This document shows, piece after piece, positions 59,296-64,000 of a stretch of DNA of 64,000 nucleotides (the stretch's first letter is position 1; every line of letters begins with the position of its first letter). The stretch comes from an uncultured Chloroflexia bacterium (GTDB taxonomy: Bacteria > Chloroflexota > Limnocylindria > Limnocylindrales > CSP1-4): positions 360,889-424,888 of the forward strand of contig CAVTIN010000004.1 in NCBI GenBank assembly GCA_963734895.1. The letters are read 5' to 3'. The position numbers and the translations under genes were made by a program. Under the pieces are notes generated by a model, which searched no databases, was not told the DNA's origin, and saw nothing but the letters and a program-made list of their open reading frames with translations.

Positions 59296-61718
59296 CTACT
59301 CGAGGTAGCTAGTAGCACGATCGACTTTACCTCGCCGCGACCTCGACTGCGTAGGCCAAGGCCCGGGACCCCGGCCGTCCTGCGGCCGCCCGAAGAGGTA
59401 GCCCTGGCCGTAGGCGATCCCGATCGAGCGAGCATCTCGAGCTCGGCAGTGGTCTCGATGCCTTCGGCGATCAGCTGAAGGCTTCGCTCCGCCGGCGAAG
59501 TAGCCTGACCCCTGCGATGAGCGCCTGCCGAGCGGGATCGGTGTCGATGCCCCGGATGAGCCCGATGTCGAGCTTCACGAAGTAGGGTGCAGAGCTCCAG
59601 GATGTGGCGAAGGCTCGCATGCCGGCACCGGCATCGTCGACCGCCAGCCGGACGCTCGGCCCGAGTCGCCGCGAGCTCCCGGCGAAGCGCCGGGTAGTCG
59701 TCAATGACGACGTGCTCGGTGATCTCGAGGACGAGTGGTCGCACCTGCTCCGCCAAGGATCGTCCGGAGCATGCCCGATCGGATGAGCGACGGAGAGACG
59801 TTCAGGCTGAGGTACGCCTCGGGTGGCAGGGCTGTCGCCGCCTCGAGGGCGGCATGGAGCGTGGCTGCCTCGAGCTAGAGACCGAGACCGGACCGGGCGG
59901 CGAGAGCGAACGTGACGTCGGGCGGGACGCCGCTCGAGAAGCGCTGAGGGCCTCGTAGCCGACCACCTCCCCGGTGTGGAGCGTCCACGATCGGCTGGAA
60001 GAACGGGTGAAGGCGGCTGCGTCGAGGATCGCCTGGATGCTCGCCCGCGCGGCTTCATCCCGGTAGCGAGCCTCGAGCCCACCGGAAAGCAGAGTCCCGA
60101 GGATCGAGGCGAGCGTCGCAGCACGGGCAGCTCGCCAAACCCATCCTCGACTTGATCGTGGATCCCGAATCCGACCACCCCGATCACGCCGTGGGCCCCC
60201 GCAGTGGCGCGTAGGCCACGGTACGCAGCCCGGTGCCGATGACCTGCTCGCCGTAGGTGCCATCCTGGCGCCGGCACGCCACTCTTCCGTACAGGCGCCG
60301 ACCGACGCGCGCTCGAACAGGTAGCGGCGCGTTTGGCCGGGATCACACGGTTCGACGTGAAGGCGGCCGCGACGAGCCCCTCGACGGCCAGGATGAGCCC
60401 CTGGTCCCCGCCGTCAGCGCGATCACGAAGGCCGACTCGATGTTCGGAAGACCGATCATCTCGGCGCAGGCGTTCGCCGCGATGGTCTCGGGCGAGGCGC
60501 TCGAGTAGATCCGCTTGAGGGCTGTCTCGATCAGCCGCGCTCGCGGGTGCGTCGCGCAATCTCGCTCTCGAGAGCGCGCTCACGGGTGACGTCACGGTCG
60601 GTCTGCATGAAGCCGACCAGGCGGTCGGAAGCATCACGGATCGGGGAGATGACGGCCTCGAGCTCGAGGAGGTACCCGTCCTTGGCGCGATTGATGAGCG
60701 GGCCGCTCCACGTCTGGCCCGTTGCCGCCGCAGCCCAGATCGCATCGAAGAAGGCATGGTCGTGGCGACCGCTGGCGATGATGCTCGGCGTGACGCCCGA
60801 CGATCTCTTCCCTTCGTAGCCGTAGATGCGGCTGAACGACCGATTGACGTACGTGACCGTACCGTCGAGGCCGTGAGATCCACACGGCATCGGCGGTCTG
60901 CTCCACAGCGGCGGCGAGCTGCGCCCGCTCCGCCTCCGCAGCCACGCGTTCGGTGATGTCCTGGACCGTCCCGACGACTCTGACCGGGGCCCCGTCGCCA
61001 TCGCGGATCACCGTCGCCTCGTCGTGGACGATCCGGATGCTGCCATCGGGTCGGAGCACCCGGTACTCGAGCACGCGCGCTCCATCGTCGGCCACTGCCG
61101 CCCACCGCCCTGCCTGGACGCGCGCCCGATCATCGGGATGAACGAACGCGAGAAATGCCTCGGGCGTCCCGGGGATCGAGCCTGGCTCAACCCCGTAGAT
61201 CCGATGGAGCTCATCGGATCGCACGCCCGCGGCTGCCGCGACGTCCCACTCCCAGCTGCCGATGTGCGCGAGCCGCTGCGCCTCGGCGAGATTGCGCTCG
61301 CTCGCGCGGAGTTCGTCGATCAGCCGTGACCGCTCGTGCTCCGAGGCCTGCCGCAGGCTGATGTCGCGGATCGCGCCGTGACGAGGATCCCATCGGCGCT
61401 CTCGGCGGGCTCAGCATGATCTCGATCGGGAACTCCGTGCCGTCCTTGCGCCGGCCGTGAGCTCGATGCCCGTGCCGATCACCTGGTCGAGCGCGACTTC
61501 CGCCGCGGCGCAGGTCGCCCGCGACGAGCCGCTCGGCGAACGGCCCTCGGGGATGATGTTCGTGATGGGCTGTCCGAGGAGCTCATCGCGGTGGTAGCCG
61601 AACTGCTTCTCCGCCTGTGCGTTCAGCAGGACGATCCGCCGGCCTGGTCGACCGCGACCATCGCGTCCGGGGCCGCCTCGATCAAGCCGCGGTACTTCGC
61701 CCCCGACTCGTCAACCAC
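59296..61718 (-). pseudogene. decayed multi-PAS / EAL signalling gene
   Basis: Recognisable PAS pieces (IEAAPDAMVAVDQAG, RKDGTEFPIEIMLSP, AHIGSWEWD..RSDELHRIYG, HGLDGTVTYVNRSFSRIYGY) and EAL pieces (VVGYEALS, LVLEITEH, LAVDDAGAG, FVKLDIGLIRGI, IAEGIETTAELEML, GQGYLFGRP) are scattered over all three reverse frames. I count at least eight frame changes or stops. Confidence 0.75.
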
Positions 61719-61941
61719 CGGTTCCGTGGGTCATTCAGCACGGACTACCTCGTCTCCCCGTCGCTGTGACCGAGGCCTTACCTGCCGCTGTTCGGCGGAC
61801 GTCCCTTCTGACGTGACGCGCTGATCGCCTCGTGCGAGGCTCCTGAACACGACGGACACGCCGAATCCGCGACTTGTCACGCTGTCCGTGCGCCGCCGCT
61901 GCTGTCATTACGCGCCTCATGCTCCGCCGAGTGATGCGCCG

Positions 61942-63264
61942 CTAGCCGGCCCTGAGTGCCTCGCGCATCAGCTCGAAGGCGCGCTCGTGCTCGCCGACGG
62001 CCGCCAGTGCCTCCGCGAGCTCGCCCAGCACCTGCCGGGTCTTCGCCGGCTTGCCCTCGTGCCGCGCCAGGTGGGCCGCGCGCTCGTACAGCACCAGCGC
62101 CTCGCTGCCCGAGCCCTGGGCCCGGCGGGCGCGCGCCAGCGTCAGCACGGCGGCCAGCGCTGCAACGTCGTTCGACATCTCCTCGGCGAGCGCCAGCGCC
62201 CGGGACGCGAGCTCCGCCGCCCCGTCCGGGTCACCCTGGGCGAGCTTGATCTGCGCATCCGTGTCGGCCACGTACGACAGCCACAGCCGGTCGCCGAGAC
62301 GCTCGAAGAACCGTCGCGCCGCGTCGGCGGCCTCGGCCGCCTTGGTGCTGTTCCCGAGCGCGAGATAGGACAGGGCGAGATCCCGCTGGAGCGACGCCGC
62401 CTCGAACTCGGCCTGCGCGGCCCGCAGCAGTGCCAGCCCCGCGGTGCCGGCGCGGATCGCGGCCTCGAAGTCCCCGGTGTGCCGGTAGCTGAAGGCGAGG
62501 TCGAACAGGTAGACGCCCCGTCGACGGTCATCGAGCCCTTCGCTGAGGCCCCGGATCTCCTCCAGATAGGCGAGCGCGATGGCGTGCTCGCCGTCGAGCG
62601 ACGCGTTGCTCGAGAGCGCCATTAGCACCCGCGCCTGGAAGTCCGGCTCCACCCGAAGTCCAGCCCGCAGCCTGGCCAGGATCGCGTCCAGGAGCGCCCG
62701 GGCCTCGACCGTGTTGCCCTGCTCATATTGCCCGCACGACAGCCAGTAGGTAGCCAGCGCTTCCTCCGCGCCGCGTCCCAGGCTCGCGAACAGGCGCGCC
62801 GCCTCCGCTGCGGCACCGACGGCGTCCTTGCCGCGATCGAGTCCGGCAAATCCCTCGGCGAGCCCGAGCAGCAGCTCCGCCCGGGATCCCGTGCCCGAAG
62901 GCAATTCCAGCAGGGCCTGATAGGCATCCACCGCTTCCTGCCAGTGGCCGGCGGCAAGCTCGAGATCCGCCTGGAGCCTCGTCCACTGCTCGACCCTGTC
63001 CTCGAGAAATCGACTGGTCGGCAGACCGAGCCGCTCGGCGATGAAGCTGAGGGCCGCCATCGACGGCTTGCTGTGGCCGTTCTCCAGCGCGCTCACGTAG
63101 GCCTTCGTGTACCGGCCGGCCGCGAGCTGCTGCTGCGTCAGGCCCGCCGCGAGCCTAGCCGTGCGGATTCGGGAACCGATGGTCTGGGCGAGCAGGCGCT
63201 GGTCGGGGCGCGATCTGGCGGTTTGCTGACGGCTCATCAACCGAAGTGTACGACCCAGGGTCAT
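61942..63264 (-). CDS. XRE-family HTH transcriptional regulator with a long TPR-like C-terminal domain
   Basis: 440 aa. The HTH is IGSRIRTARLAAGLTQQQLAAGRYTKAYVSALENGHSKPSMAALSFIAERLG. About 350 aa of Ala/Leu-rich helical repeats follow (..AEALATYWLSCGQYEQGN.., ..ALSYLALGNSTKAAEA..). Confidence 0.8.
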   Translation of the reverse strand: MTLGRTLRLMSRQQTARSRPDQRLLAQTIGSRIRTARLAAGLTQQQLAAGRYTKAYVSALENGHSKPSMAALSFIAERLGLPTSRFLEDRVEQWTRLQADLELAAGHWQEAVDAYQALLELPSGTGSRAELLLGLAEGFAGLDRGKDAVGAAAEAARLFASLGRGAEEALATYWLSCGQYEQGNTVEARALLDAILARLRAGLRVEPDFQARVLMALSSNASLDGEHAIALAYLEEIRGLSEGLDDRRRGVYLFDLAFSYRHTGDFEAAIRAGTAGLALLRAAQAEFEAASLQRDLALSYLALGNSTKAAEAADAARRFFERLGDRLWLSYVADTDAQIKLAQGDPDGAAELASRALALAEEMSNDVAALAAVLTLARARRAQGSGSEALVLYERAAHLARHEGKPAKTRQVLGELAEALAAVGEHERAFELMREALRAG

Positions 63265-63517
63265 TCATGGTTATCCCGTCGATCAACTCCCCGACGGTCA
63301 CGCCGAGGCGCTGCGAGAACAGCCACAACGTGCCCAGCGACGGCATCGTCGTGCCGCTCTCGAGCGCGGACACGTAGCTCCTGGACAGCGGTTGGCCAAG
63401 CTGACCCTGGGTCAGGCCCCGTCTTCGTCGTTGTTCACGCACCCTCCGGCCCAGCTCGATGGCCGTCGGGGATCCGGGGCCCCATCCGAAATGTTTAGCA
63501 ATACTTGACTTACCCAC
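63155..63517 (-). CDS. small XRE-family HTH protein
   Basis: GTG start with HTH LGRRVREQRRRRGLTQGQLGQPLSRSYVSALESGTTMPSLGTLWLFSQRLG. The C-terminal ~45 codons overlap the start of the 440-aa gene and may not all be translated as drawn. Confidence 0.6.
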   Translation of the reverse strand: MGKSSIAKHFGWGPGSPTAIELGRRVREQRRRRGLTQGQLGQPLSRSYVSALESGTTMPSLGTLWLFSQRLGVTVGELIDGITMNDPGSYTSVDEPSANRQIAPRPAPARPDHRFPNPHG

Positions 63518-63534
63518 GGTTCGAAGACTAGCAT
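63505..63534 (+). promoter_or_regulatory. sigma70-like promoter TTGACT-N18-TAGCAT facing the small peptide ORF
   Basis: Hexamers lie at 63505-63510 and 63529-63534 in a locally AT-rich patch. The spacer contains the GTG start (63517) of the divergent XRE gene. Confidence 0.45.
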
Positions 63535-63601
63535 CGCGGTCGATCGTCGGCTTCCGGCGGTTCCCCGGGTCATAGGCGAGCGCCAGCTATTGGAGATTGC
63601 T

Positions 63602-63715
63602 GTGCTTGCTCGCCCCAACCGCATCCGCCCCTTCGTGGTCTCCCTGGTCTCTGCCGGGATCGCCGCCCTCGTCAGCGCAGCCGCCGCACTCGCTCAGACA
63701 CCGTATCCGCACTGA
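63602..63715 (+). CDS. 37-codon ORF: signal-peptide-like sequence followed by C-terminal QTPYPH
   Basis: GTG at 63602 is preceded by GGAG at a 6-nt spacing; a TTG at 63590 is also in frame. The translation is MLARPNRIRPFVVSLVSAGIAALVSAAAALAQTPYPH, with TGA at 63713-63715. The ORF is too short for the supplied track. Confidence 0.4.
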   Translation: MLARPNRIRPFVVSLVSAGIAALVSAAAALAQTPYPH

Positions 63716-63729
63716 ACCTCACCCCGCCT

Positions 63730-63746
63730 GAGCGTCACTGACGCTC
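63730..63746 (+). terminator. perfect 7-bp hairpin just after the small ORF
   Basis: GAGCGTC-ACT-GACGCTC. No U-tract follows, so intrinsic-terminator status is uncertain. Confidence 0.3.
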
Positions 63747-63835
63747 GCTCCGCCATTCGAGTCGTTGCTCGCCTGCGACCCGGGAACAGCATCGGACAGC
63801 GCGGTACACTATGAGTAAACTCCAGCCATTGCCGG

Positions 63836-63871
63836 GGACGGTGGCCCGAATTCGAGGGGAGGCCACCGTCC
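63836..63871. other. strong 11-bp perfect stem-loop
   Basis: GGACGGTGGCC - 14 nt loop - GGCCACCGTCC. Confidence 0.5.
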
Positions 63872-64000
63872 CACCCTCCTTGCGCCTCAAGGCGTCGGTC
63901 GACTGTCTGGGTTCGGGCGTCAGGCACGCGTCGTGCTGTGGCGCTCCAGCGCTACGGGATCCTGCTCGCCGACAATAAATCAGCGTGGTAGATCACCGGT

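Noticed and set aside
59154-61940. Genomic island integrated at tRNA-Gly
   Set aside because: There is no integrase, no recognisable direct repeat of the tRNA 3' end, and no compositional block. The adjacent DNA is a decayed native-looking signalling gene.

Overview
Very GC-rich bacterial chromosomal segment (third codon positions are almost always G/C). Gene content looks like a soil Actinomycetota- or Chloroflexota-type organism, but the taxon cannot be fixed from the sequence alone. All family calls come from motif recognition by eye on the supplied translations; no database was searched. I recognise about 55 credible protein genes and one tRNA (Gly-CCC). I saw no rRNA, CRISPR array, transposase, integrase or phage gene.

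Layout:
- 0.2-8.9 kb: small enzymes and regulators (three GNATs, MarR, DUF1028, a disrupted ferritin-like gene, hydrolases).
- 8.9-16.8 kb: a large ATP-binding LuxR regulator beside a cluster of secreted proteins and lipoproteins. This includes a 1183-aa surface protein carrying six perfect 60-bp tandem repeats.
- 18-29.7 kb: a purine/urate catabolism cluster with guanine deaminase, three-subunit xanthine dehydrogenase, uricase, HIU hydrolase, OHCU decarboxylase, a hydantoinase-type amidohydrolase and DUF3830.
- 29.9-32.9 kb: a response regulator fused to a TrxR-like flavoprotein, paired with a cNMP-binding histidine kinase.
- 33-46 kb: URO-D-like protein, hydrolase, an ArsR/PLDc_N/ABC-2 operon, CPBP protease, APH, ECF sigma/anti-sigma, TetR/DUF4386 and katG.
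- 46.3-50.1 kb: two tandem membrane-GAF-GGDEF modules sharing 1,038 bp of 100% identity. A C4 versus C3 run changes their reading frames.
- 50.1-55 kb: a GT2 gene and a 1320-aa BTAD-STAND-TM-solute-binding regulator.
- 55-59.2 kb: lipoprotein, ACT protein, Trx-VKOR fusion and tRNA-Gly.
- 59.3-61.7 kb: a heavily decayed PAS/EAL pseudogene.
- 61.9-63.9 kb: an XRE-HTH+TPR regulator, a small XRE protein, and a divergent 37-codon ORF absent from the track. That ORF looks like a signal peptide followed by a C-terminal hexapeptide.

Most long ORFs in the track that lie opposite these genes are GC-driven shadow ORFs.
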